The notes under the pieces: generated by a model | What the model was told of the DNA's origin: nothing | What the model saw: only the letters and a program-made list of their open reading frames with translations | Database searches by the model: none | From: Eledone cirrhosa | Lineage: Eukaryota | Direction: 5' to 3' | Length of the DNA stretch: 64,000 nucleotides | NCBI GenBank assembly: GCA_964016885.1 | Contig: CAXHJY010001229.1 | Span: 62,001-126,000, forward strand | Part shown: piece by piece, positions 1-10,526 of the stretch | How positions within the stretch are numbered: position 1 is the first letter of the stretch | Layout: every line of letters starts with the position of its first letter | Program-made: the position numbers and the translations under genes

Positions 1-400
1 TTGTGGGGTGAATAGCAGTTTATAACAATAAGTATTGGGTTTCCTTTGAATACTGCTGTCATTGACCTTAGTACCTTTGTAAATAGAGCAAGGTGATCGT
101 GTTTCTATGCTGTCATTGACGTTAGTACCTTTGTAAATAGAGGAAGGAGATCGTGTTTGTACTGTCAAACAAACTCCTCAATGATGTCATTTTTAAATGC
201 TGATGCAGTACACTGAGTGCTTTTGCAGATGTTATTGGCAATTATGTCTTAGTCATTTTCTTTGTGGATAAATTAGTATTCTTGAACACATAGTCACAAT
301 GTTATAGGTGTTGATATGCTTGTTTAGCTCCTCATGGGAAAAGTAGAATGTGACTGAGCAGCAGTTTAGAAAGGTGTATGGTCTCTTTAGTTGAGATAGT
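1..400 (-). mobile_element. Decayed RTE-clade LINE, N-terminal APE endonuclease fragment
   Basis: Frameshifted minus-strand translation gives EL...YNIVTMC/VQEY*FIH, TASAFKND and MTAVFKGNPILIVINCYSPH, matching the RTE endonuclease motifs (CIQEHR, TSSAWKN, GNP..IISCYSP). Contains a 54-bp tandem duplication at about 54-165. Confidence 0.65.
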
Positions 401-1214
401 CCTCTCATGGTTCTGACATCGGAGGATGTTTGTCCAGTAGGATTTAAAACATCATCTTCATAGAAAGAAGTTGAGCTTTCTTCAGGACCATGCAGGAACA
501 GAATATCATGGGTTCTAACTGTGGAGCTGTTGGTTGTACCAGTTGTTATGAAATTCGTTTGAATTAACCAATCAGTTGTCACAATGTTAGTTGGTGCAGA
601 CTACTTAGTTATGTGTGAATCTGGCAATACAAATTGTATGTGTCCATAATTTTGAATTGTCAATGAAGATTGGAATAAAGCCTTTGTGTTTTGTGGACCG
701 GTCAAACCTAGATGAGATGCAGTTCGGATTTGTGCCAGGCAAAAGCACCATTGATGCTCTCTTCCTTGTGAGGCAGTTACAGGAGAACTACCAAGCTAAA
801 ATTAAGCCGCTCTATCTGGCATTTGTCGATCTGGAAAAAGTATTTGACAGAGTGCCTCATGCCATAATATGGTGGGCTCTTAGAAAACTAGGTGTAGATG
901 AGTGGTTTGTGAAGGCTGTATAAGCCATGTATATGGGAGCAGTCAGCAAAGGAATTTAACAAGTAGGTTGGCGTTCACCAGGGCTCTGTTCTTAGCCTTC
1001 TCCTGTTTATTATCATATTGCAGGTTATAACAAAGGAGTTTAACACTGGATACCCATGGGAACTTCTGTATTTGGATGATCTTACACTCATAGCTGAATC
1101 TATGGTAGAACTAGAGAAGAAATTCCAAACACGAAAGCAGAGCCTAGAAAGCAGAGGTCTTAAAGTCAACCTGACAAAGACTAAGGCCATAGTAAGTAGA
1201 ATAGAAAACATGTT

Positions 1215-1435
1215 CTGATATGTGTTCAGAGACAGTCATTAAAAAACTAAAAGACTTGTTTTGTCTGTCTGAGGTTCCCTCAGCTATACATTCAGACAGA
1301 GGAGCACAGTTTGAAAGTGAATCTCTCAGATGATTTCTTCTGGTGAATAACATTGTTAAGACTCATATAACACCCTATTGACTGCAAGGAAAGGGTCAGT
1401 GTGGAAAAATTAAGGGGGTGCTCCTAAAAACATAA
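1215..1435 (+). mobile_element. Gypsy/Ty3-type LTR retrotransposon integrase core (rve) fragment inside the RTE
   Basis: Translates DMCSETVIKKLKDLFCLSEVPSAIHSDRGAQFESESLR*FLLVNNIVKTHITPY*LQGKGQCGK, the IHSDxGxQF ... TPYHPQGNGxxE integrase motif. Confidence 0.8.
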
Positions 1436-1712
1436 AACTCAGGAGTAAACTAAAGTCCTAGTATGTAGAAAGAAAAATAGAGCCCAGAGCCCCTCAGGGA
1501 AATGACCTTGCTCAGTGTGCAGAAATGGAGAAGGTAGAAAATCCATTATGTGTCCTAAATACAAACTATGGATACATAAAAGATGAAGTGGGATCACAGG
1601 CAGGTTATCAAAGAATATACGCTTTATATGCAGCCAATGCACAGGTGCAGTAAGTAGCAAGTGCCTACAGGATACCAGCTCCTTCAAATGCCCAAATGGT
1701 TCTGTAGAAATA

Positions 1713-1954
1713 CAGGGGGACCACAAAAATACTCCTTGATTTCAAATACTTATAATATGAAAACTTAAATGAATATTCTTACAATATTGGTGGCTACAGT
1801 TGTATAAACTAACAAAGTTTCATGTGGTATAGGTTGATATCATAGACACTCGATGTGTCCCCCTTTTGTTGTTTGGCAAACATCAATGTGATAATCAAGC
1901 TCTGTTTGATATTATAAGTATTTGAAATCAATGAGTGATTTTGTGGTCACCCTG
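1713..1954. mobile_element. Tc1/mariner-type MITE with TA target-site duplication
   Basis: TA|CAGGGGGACCACAAAAATACTCCTTGATTTCAAATACTTATAAT ... ATTATAAGTATTTGAAATCAATGAGTGATTTTGTGGTCACCCTG|TA. Removing it restores the RTE frame GSVEI-VDNFHYL (compare GSIEVVDSFCYL at ~49403). Confidence 0.9.
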
Positions 1955-2537
1955 TAGTCGACAATTTCCATTACCTGAATGACCAAATCAGCGGTGGGGG
2001 AGGATGTTCTGAAAGTGTAGAGGCATTGTTTCATGGTTCGTAACATTAATCTTTTCATGTGTGATTTGGTTACTTTGACCAATCATAAGTCGTGCATGAA
2101 TATTAACTATTTCTGCCCGAAGAAGATTTTTCGCGCTTCTTTGTTGACTTTCTAGTTGCTGCTTTGACATTCAAGATGCTAACATCCATTTTTCCTTGCC
2201 GTGTCAACACTAGCAAAAATGTAATGATAAATTAGAACTTCAACCCTGTCAGCGATATGTCGGTGAGGGACCACTTTCTTTGCATATAACACTTAATTTT
2301 GTTTATTCACTTTTATTGGCATGCCAGCACAACATTTTGTAAACCTGTTTCAGCTGTAAATAAATCATGTAAATCATGTAAAAAGTTATAAAGTCTTATG
2401 ATATTTCTGCCACCAATGAATCTTGAATATGCATTAAAATCATAATGCTGGATGTGATATGGGAAAATCTTTTTCCCAGGGTTCTATCACCACAACAGCA
2501 AATTCTCTTCTTTCATGGCGACAACTGAATAACAACT

Positions 2538-2720
2538 ATTGGCAGTATCGGTAGAGGGTCGGACGCCATGCTTTCCAGCATAGTTACGTCCCTTTACGAT
2601 CTGAGTTCAAATCTTGCCGAGGTTGACTTTGCCTTTCATCCTTATGGGGTCGATAAAATAAAGTACCAGTAATGCACTGGGTAATCACTGGCCTTGTGCC
2701 TAAAGTAGAAACAATTATTA
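2538..2720 (+). mobile_element. SINE family 1 copy (tRNA-like head, ~190-200 bp)
   Basis: TTGGCAGTATCGG (A-box-like), GAGTTCAAATC (B-box-like), GGGGTCGATAAAATAAAGTACCAG body and GAAACAATTATT tail. Multiple near-identical copies occur elsewhere in the window. Confidence 0.85.
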
Positions 2721-3429
2721 ATTTCAACAACTTCTTCTACGTTACATTCACTTTCGGCTAACATTGCCACCTAACAAAACCTACATTTTCTCTTGCTAGT
2801 ACAACAAGACCTTCTAACTGCTAAAGAAGTACTGTAGCCAGAGTAAGAATGGAATGGAGAAAGTTCAGGGATCTACTACCGCTGCTATCTACAAAAGGTT
2901 TTTTTTCTCAAAATGAGAGGCAGATTGTACGATGCATGTATACAAACAGCAATGTTGTATGGCAGTGAGACCTAGACACTGTGTGCAGAGGAACTGCTAA
3001 GAAATGAAGCATGCATGCTCCGATCGATGTATAATAGTAATATTCACGAACGGTAATGTGTAAATGAGAGAAATTGGGCATAAGAAGGATCAAATGCAGT
3101 ATGCTAGAGAGGAGAATGCATTGGTATGGTCATGTGATGTGTATATAGGATGACAGCTGTATAAAAAGGTGCAGGGCGATCAAAACTGATAGAAGCTATG
3201 GAGTAGGAAGACCCAGGAAGACCTAGGATAAGGTGATAAAAGTTGACCATGCACATTTGCACCTCTCAAAGACAATGACACAGGATTGAGATCTTTGGCG
3301 TTATGCAGTAATACAGAAGACCTGCCTTCCCATGTGCACAGACTGAAACATATATCTACTTGACATCTCTTAACCACTATACCTCCTTCCATACACTTTG
3401 CATGCCCAACACCTAACCACCCGCTTCTG

Positions 3430-3831
3430 TTAACACCACCCTTACACTGTAAAATTGTTGTGTTGGTATCACAAAATCATTCAGCCCACACTGTAAAGTA
3501 GTCGAGTAGGTTTCACGACAAAAAGCATACAGCCCACACTGTAAAGTGATTGTGTAGGAGTCACGGCAAAAAGCACCCAGCCCACACTGTGAGGTGGTCG
3601 TGTAGGTGTCATAACAAAAAGCACCCAGCCCATACCGTAAAGTGGTCAAGTAGGTGTCACGACAAATAGCACCCAGTACACACTGTAAGTGTGGTTGGCA
3701 TTAGGAAGAGCATCCAACTGTAGAAACGAGCCAGAAACAGTCCTATATGAGCAAGACATGGTCACCTGATCCAATTTGCCTCAAATGGGACAACCCGTCT
3801 AACCCATGCTAGCTTGGAAAATGGATGTTAA

Positions 3832-3860
<29 letters not shown>
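3430..3860 (+). mobile_element. Composite non-autonomous retro-element: 48-bp tandem subrepeats plus RTE-like 3' end and (GAT)n tail
   Basis: About 5 copies of the reverse complement of GACACCTACACGACCACTTTACAGTGTGGGCTGGGTGCTTTTTGTCAT, then AACCCATGCTAGC..GGAAAATGGATGTTAAATGATGATGAT, the same 3' end as the RTE at ~49980-50020. Confidence 0.7.
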
Positions 3861-3862
<2 letters not shown>

Positions 3863-4589
3863 CTATATTAACCAAGAAGGATTTACATGAAGAAAACATT
3901 AAGAATGACACAATGAATAGCTGAGATGAAAAATTTATGACATTTTATTCTTCTTGCACGTTTCTACACACACACAGCACATATATAACAAGGAAGAAAG
4001 TTATGGGAACAAAATTTCAAGCGCAATGTGGTTCAACATTCAGTAAAGAAATCGAATCAGTATGGTTTAAAGAATTAAACTTTCAGTAAACAAACCCAAC
4101 ATTTTGTATGAATAGAAATGTACAGAGCACTTAAATAGTAATGGATAGATAAGGAAGATGAAGAAATTTAAGATATTTTATTTGTTTTACACATGTTTCA
4201 ACAGGAAAGACTTGATAAAGAGGAAATGGTGAAAGACTCAGTCAAGTTCCATTATTAATACATAGAGATGTATCTATATATTATGATCTCAGTTTTGACT
4301 CAAGGAAATTATCTTTAACCCTTCATTTCACTCAATCCTCTATTTTCAGAGACTTAATGAAAATATCCAAAAATATAAGAAAACAGGTAATTTCAAGAAA
4401 AACATCCAGGTATCATGACTGTGTTATGATATCTGAAAAATAATGTCTATAACCAGACCATTATAATGAAATGCTAAGTTTAAATCACATCATTATATTT
4501 AACTGTGAAATTTAGAGAAAGAAAGGGAGAAAGACAATGTATATATAAGAATGATAAACATATGTAGAATATTAAATAAGTACATAAAT

Positions 4590-4803
4590 AATTACTTCTG
4601 CTTTAGGCACAAGGCCAACAATTTTGGGGATAGGAAAAGTCAAATTAATCAACCCTAATGCATTACTGGTACTTTATTTTATCGACCCTGTTAGGATGAA
4701 AGGCAAAATTAACCTCAGCAGGATTCGAGCTCAGAACACAAAGGGCCATAACTCTATGCTGCAAATCATGGTGTCTGACACTCTACCAGTACTGTCAAAT
4801 GAA
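4590..4803 (-). mobile_element. SINE family 1 copy
   Basis: Reverse complement of the 2538-2720 element (GGCACAAGGCC...CTGGTACTTTATTTTATCGACCC...GGATGAAAGGCAAA). Confidence 0.8.
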
Positions 4804-5414
4804 TTAGAAATTCTATAAAGATGTATGTAATAAAACATAATTTTTATGAATATATAGGAAAAGATAGAGATGAAAGGGTTTAACTCACAACTAAGAGTTA
4901 ATATTTGTTAACAATACATAGGATATCATCAGTCATCATACACATCACTAGTACATTGCACACAGAAAACATTTTATAGAGGAATTAATGTTTAACTAAT
5001 GTTAATTATAGTTTAGTGACAAGCTATTTATGAAGGGAATTATATCTTTTTATGTTATTGAATTTTAGAAAAAATAATATTAAGATCAAATATTAATAGG
5101 CATAAACTAGAAATATATTCTTAGGGATTTAGAATTAAAAGCGAATGAAAATTCATCAATATAGAGAAATATATAATAGAATTACAAATATTAATTATTA
5201 TTATACCAAATTAATGATCATTTAAGAGGATAAAGCAACCATTAGCTGTAATCACATTTAGGGTCTCAAAATATGATAAGAGAAATATAAAAAATATATA
5301 TATAAAATAAACATTTTTTAGATATAATAAAAATAATTAATTTTTTTTTCCAGTCATCTTTTCTATTAGCTGAAATACTGTGATGACTTCTTGTATTTTG
5401 GCTGTTTATGAACA

Positions 5415-5720
5415 CAAAGCATAATATGGACACCAAGATAGACAAGACAACTCCCTATCAAAGGTGTAGTTGTCTCCAATAAAGAAATCACAGTGACTGA
5501 CAAAAAAAAACTCACAAAGAGGATTAAGGGTACATTTACCCGGATGCTGAGAAAGATCCAGAACATATCCTGAAGAACATACAAAGCAAAGAAATTGCTC
5601 TATGGTTCACACCTTTGCCTTTCTGATATCATAAGGTGATGGAGGCTCATGTCAGCTGGACATGTGAAACATCACAATGAACCTTCTGGCAGAGTTCTTT
5701 TCTGGAAACTTGATGTGTGC
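5415..5720 (+). mobile_element. RTE LINE 3' fragment
   Basis: GTFTRMLRKIQNIS*RT..AKKLLYGS...LSDIIR*WRLMSAGHV..HNEP..RVLFWK, similar to the C-terminus of the RTE at 42440-42670. Confidence 0.65.
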
Positions 5721-5817
5721 AGATTAATGCATCCATTTCAGAATAATACTAAGAGTGAATGGGTAAATAAGCCCATCAAATACAAGTTTCTTTGTGGTTG
5801 TTAGGATTATATACACT

Positions 5818-5860
5818 CCTTTTGATGAAGGCCCAATTAGGTCTGAAAATTGATTAAAGA
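5818..5860 (+). ncRNA. Degenerate minimal hammerhead-ribozyme-like motif
   Basis: CTT-TTGATGA-AGGCC-CAATTA-GGTCT-GAAA-ATTGATT-AAAG: core order (C>U)UGAUGA, stem II, GAAA, with weak stems I and III. Confidence 0.35.
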
Positions 5861-6091
5861 TGTTTATTATTTCAATTTACAGGGAAATGTGTATTTTCTG
5901 GGAAGTTTATATGTCTACATATGTACATATTAAATATATGCATATTTATATACACATTGGTGCAGTCTCAGTTACCCACTCTGAGTGTATACAGATATAA
6001 CTTTATATGTATATATATGTCTGTGTGTAACTGCCAAGCAGTATGATTGATATTTTGTGTATTGATCAAAATTCATATTTTATATATAGTA

Positions 6092-7471
6092 CTAGCTGGC
6101 CCGTCCGGCTGGTGCCCGGCTAGGTATACCGGCATTTTATCTTTTCAGGAATCCCCTCTACACTCCAGTCAAAGATACCGCACGCCCTCTCAAGTCAGCG
6201 AGGGAGGGGGGGGGGGGGGCTAACATGCTCTGATGTTGGGTTTTTATAGTTTTTAGGATTCCCCAGTTCAGCAGCCAGTACGTTAAAGAAAATTGATAGT
6301 TACAACAATAAAGGCTGAACAGAGAACACATTTTTTAACAAACAATAATTTGTACAACCATAATGGAAATTCCAAGTAACAGAAAATATTTAAATTACAT
6401 TGTTAGAGCCTCAGAGTATACAATATATTTTGTTCGGCCCTCCGGAGCAAAGATGAAGGGATTGTTTGGCGAGCTCACTGTAGAGCATCCTACATACAAT
6501 TGACCATGGGAGAATCATTGATTTCATAGCTCATCTCACGGAGAAGCTCTGTAGATGTTGACCTCTAGACACTCCTGTCAAGAGCAGGTAAGCTGTAGTG
6601 ACTTAGAGGCCTACCACCAATCTCCAAGACACTGTTTTCAAGACAAATGAGCGCCTCATTGAAAACGACATTGTATGTTATGTTTAGATTGTGTCTGCAT
6701 GTATGGTGGAGGATGTCCTCAGCTAGACTTTCACGGTGGTTGTCCCACAGTGTGAGAGGGTCGGCGAGATCGCAGTTGTGCAACATAATAGTAAAAAGTT
6801 TTCCCAGCTGAGAAGGGACTTTAGCAGTTGCTGCTTCTTGCAGGGTGAGGTGCCAATGGCTGTCATCGTGTAACATACTGGCAAGCCAAACGGTAAGTGG
6901 AACATTGATGGCCATTGATGGTTCTCAGATCTTGGAAAGACTGTGGTCCTCTAACCTCGAACAGTCACAATGATGAAAAGCCATCTGTGCTTTCGTGAAA
7001 TAAATAGGTTTTTGTTTTTGTGTATGCAAAAATATCTGTACACAGATATATATATCAAAATAACAAACAAATTAAAGTTTAAGCAAAGAATTGCTGCTTT
7101 CACCCCTAACGGGATCTTCTGAAACTTAAAAAATCTGTCTGTGAACGCAGAAGTAAATATTTCGAAAAACGTTATCTAATGCAGACAGCCAGCTATGTAT
7201 CTATCAAAAAAGAAAAAGAGGGGAATGTTGTGCGACGTCATAAGAAAAAGTGAGGAATGACGTATAACCGGAAGTGTTGACATTTGAAATTTTAAAGAAG
7301 TGAATATTTAAATAATGTCTTTAATCTTTTAACAAAATTCAGTAGACAAAAATACCTTCACTTTTTTACTTGGAAAAAGTTACATCTTTGGTGCAAATTT
7401 GGTGCTGTTTGGTCCAACCGTTTGGCGGAAAGTTTGTTACATACATACGGCCGTCAACTTTATAGTATAGA
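6092..7471 (-). mobile_element. Internally deleted Helitron with RepHel remnants and both termini
   Basis: Minus strand begins A|TCTATACTATAAAG (7471) and ends with a GC-rich hairpin plus CTAG|T (6092). Coding remnants: LHDDSHWHLTLQEAA..PSQLGKLFTIML..ADPLTLWDNHRESLAEDIL (6565-6915) and the PIF1-like helicase end FSHGQLYVGCS..S...TKYIVYSEAL (~6405-6520). Confidence 0.92.
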
Positions 7472-7525
7472 TTAAAAAGATCGAAGGCCATATGCAGTTG
7501 ATTTAGGTTTATTTATATCTTCGGG

Positions 7526-7553
7526 ATACACATTTCATTGCTCATCAGACAGT
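7526..7553 (-). ncRNA. Decayed minimal hammerhead-like motif (Penelope type)
   Basis: Minus strand reads CTGATGA-GCAAT-GAAA-TGTGTA. Reversing three CpG>TpG changes gives CUGAUGA-GCAAC-GAAACGCGUA with a palindromic stem III. Stem I is not evident. Confidence 0.3.
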
Positions 7554-8807
7554 ATAAAAACCTTTGAAATATTATGAATTTTTTCATTTTGTGATAGAAG
7601 GGATGGCAGAATGTGTTGATGTTGTTTCTATGCCAGCTGGCCCCTGTATGACCCCTAGTGCTGTATGGGTCAATTCCCATCCTCTGTGACAACCACCAAT
7701 AGCCGAAAATAGTCATCTTTGTAGGAACAAATTCTGTAAGTAGCCTATTCCCTTCTCCTCTCTGCCAGGCAGTGGTTGTTATAGTAATAGTGACAGCCAT
7801 CTCCTCCCAACCCCCTCTGTCTGCAACACCCCCACCTCATTAAGGTTATGTGGGGGAAGGAGGGGATACCTGTGAACAAGAGGTTGGAATATTATAACCG
7901 AAAAACAAGAAGTAAACATAGAATAAAATAAATTAAAAAGAAATAATTAAAAAAAACTTTTAAAAAATAGATACCAGTATATGTTAACAATAAACTAACG
8001 CATATAGCGTAGTTGTTATAATAATTAAGGTTTAACTGGGTTAAAATTGCTGGAAGTATGAGAGCCCTATTCCTTGCTAGTTCCACATTTAACCATAGCT
8101 CAACGGATTACATCTAGATGTCCGATTCCCCACCCCCACCCCCAGGAGACTCATGCACTCGATGAGCAGGACGCCAGAGTGAAATCTTTCGATATATAGG
8201 GAATTTCCAGCAGGGGACAGGGATGTAGGAATACTCCCCACAGCTTGCATTTTACAGCTGTGAAACTGATTGAGGTCTCTGGGCTAACATATCTAACAGG
8301 TAAAAAGCTATTAGGTGGTTCTGTAAACAATTAAATAGTGTAAGCTGACTGAAGGTAACTTAAAGTAAATATAAGAAGATAAACACATGAAGATAAATTA
8401 GAGATAAGTTAAATTAAAGTAAATTATGGTATGGTTAGAAACCTACAGTATAATAAGAGGAACAGCAAGGTACAAAATACAACAATATACAAGGTAAAAA
8501 GATATGGGGTAAAAAAAATGGATAACGTAGTCATACAAGAAGAAATTGAAAGACATGCAATGAAATATCTGCAAGGAAATACCATAACATAGTCTGAGAT
8601 CTGCACAGGGGTAACTAAACATTGGTACAAATGTGCCTAAATATATAGAAGATAATTGAGAAAATAGATAGGGAAAAATATACTGAAAATAAGGTTAAGA
8701 TAAAGGATAGGGATAGAGTTCATAGTGTTTGTAGAGAGACTTCCACTGGTTTGCAAGTTTGTCCGCAGCAGGGATGACAGAGATCTCTCCCGGTTAGCTC
8801 CATATAA

Positions 8808-10413
8808 TAGATAGATAGATTTCTTTATTTGCCACAAGGGTGTACAAAAATTTGACGACAGGGGTTTTACATAAAATCTTTAACGGTAATGAAAGACAAT
8901 AAACTATATATAAATAAAACAATCGAAATCCCCAATGGGAGGGGGGAGGGGCGGGGGGGTTACTGCGGGATTGTTTTACACCCCATGGATAGAACAACCC
9001 TCAACACCAGGAGCACGTTTTGTAGGTGTTCCCGTCTTCCCTCTGTTTGTCTTCCTCAACCTACAGGTTTATATACAGAGAAGGCCCATTCACTCGGGCC
9101 ATTTTCACCACATTCACCCACCTTTCAGCGAATTTACTGGGGTGTAGCACCTCTCTCTCCACTCTCACCTTCCTTGTCAGCACCTGAAGGCACTTGAGGT
9201 CCAAGGCGCCCATTTTCGGTCTTCACTTGACCTAGGGCTGCAGCTCTGTTAGTGAGACGAGTTGTGGAAGAGCTTGTCTCACAAACGACAGCCACACCAG
9301 TTCGCCGGTCAGGAATACCTGGAGGAATACCTGGAGATGGCGCAGCCTTAGCGTGTGTTCATGCATCATCAGCCACAGCATGTCCAGCCCTCCATTAAAA
9401 GGGTGTTGGCAGCAGATGGATCTCCTCACCAATGGAGCCTGTTTCTTCCAGAGAAACTTGAAGAGTAGACGTTCCATTTTGGTGAGGTGTTTGCGGGGAC
9501 AAGGCATGGCTGTCAAGCGGTAGTAGATGACGGACACTATGTAAGTGTTCGCCACCTCCGCTCAACCTTTCAAAGAGAGTTTGCACTCAGCCCACTTCTG
9601 GGTGAGTGCAAACACCTTCGCCGTGACCTCGTTCCAGTTCTTGTCCACCTGGAGGTCTGGACCAAACCAGACCCCGAGCAATTTCACCGGTCCTTCCATC
9701 CAGGGTCCAGTGACACTGTTAGAAGACATGGGTTTGCCTCTCCATGTGCCGAGTTGCAAACTGACAGACTTGTGTGGGTTTAGTCTTGCTCCTGTTTCGT
9801 ATTCCTGTAATAGGTTACCAATTACCCCGATTTCGACACCATTACGGTCACATCGTCAGCATAGGCAGACACTGCTTTCCGCAGTCCTGGTTCGATCGGG
9901 ATGCCCTGCAACAGCTCCAACTTCCGCAGTAATGGCTCGAGAGTCAGTACATACAGAATGGAGGAGAGAGGGCATCCCTGATGAATGGAACGCATGATTT
10001 GGAATGGCTCTGATAGGTAACCATTCACCTTGACTGCCGAGCAGACGCTGGTGTGCATGGCAGCGATCCAGCCTCTGAAGACGGGACCGAAGCCGGCTGC
10101 CTTGAGAACCGCTTCCAAGTATTGATGGTCGACCCTATCAAATGCCTTAGACTGATCTAAATTGATCAGAGCTCCACCGAAGCCAGGTTTACACCCTACC
10201 CTCTCTATGATGTATCGCATGAGGTAGAGGTTGTCGTGTATGGACCTGGTCGGGATTGCACACAATTGTGCTTCCCCTACCAGGTTCTCGACGACAAGCG
10301 CCAGCCTCGTTGCTAACACCTTGGCAAAAATCTTTAACTCTGTGTTGAACAGAGTTATGGGCCTGAAATAGCTTATCTCATCCTCTTTGTTCTCATCTTT
10401 CCTGATCATTGTT
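8808..10413 (-). mobile_element. Tx1/L1-clade LINE copy A, 5'-truncated and internally deleted
   Basis: RT motifs FRPITLFNTELKI, LINLDQSKAFDRVDH, QGCPLS and SAYADDV (9822-10409). The 3' end reads AATAAAGAAA followed by (TCTA)n on the minus strand. Confidence 0.92.
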
Positions 10414-10516
10414 ATAGATAGATTTCTTTATTAGCCACAAGGGCGCAACAAGAAAGGGGACAATACAAAGACATGCCGGGGATTTTACATACAGTCGTGT
10501 AAAAAATATAAAAACA
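10414..10516 (-). mobile_element. Tx1 LINE copy C, ~100-bp 3'-end-only insertion with a long target-site duplication
   Basis: Same 3' terminus (plus strand TTTCTTTATTAGCCACAAGGG), flanked by the direct repeat GATCATTGTTATAGATAGAT at 10404-10423 and 10517-10536. Confidence 0.8.
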
Positions 10517-10526
10517 GATCATTGTT

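Larger units (their letters stand above)
695..3335 (+). mobile_element. Decayed RTE (BovB-like) LINE, RT and C-terminal part, interrupted by nested insertions
   Basis: QFGFVPGKSTIDALFLVRQLQE...LAFVDLEKVFDRVP; HQGSVLS; ELLYLDDL (YADD equivalent); Cys-rich segment at 1500-1700; VARVRMEWRKFRDLLPLL resumes at ~2834. Colinear with the RTE at 47760-50020. Confidence 0.9.

Noticed and set aside
253-582. Possible C2H2 zinc-finger gene (RPYTFLNCCSVTFYFSHEELNKHINT)
   Set aside because: Cys/His spacing is wrong, and adjacent frames give RTE endonuclease motifs (VQE..FIH, TASAFKN, GNP..INCYSP), so a LINE remnant explains it better.
3860-4390. Possible plus-strand exon remnant (..MFQQERLDKEEMVKDSVKFHY.., ending CAG|GTAA)
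   Set aside because: Stops occur in all frames, no motif is recognised, and it is indistinguishable from A-rich noncoding DNA by eye.
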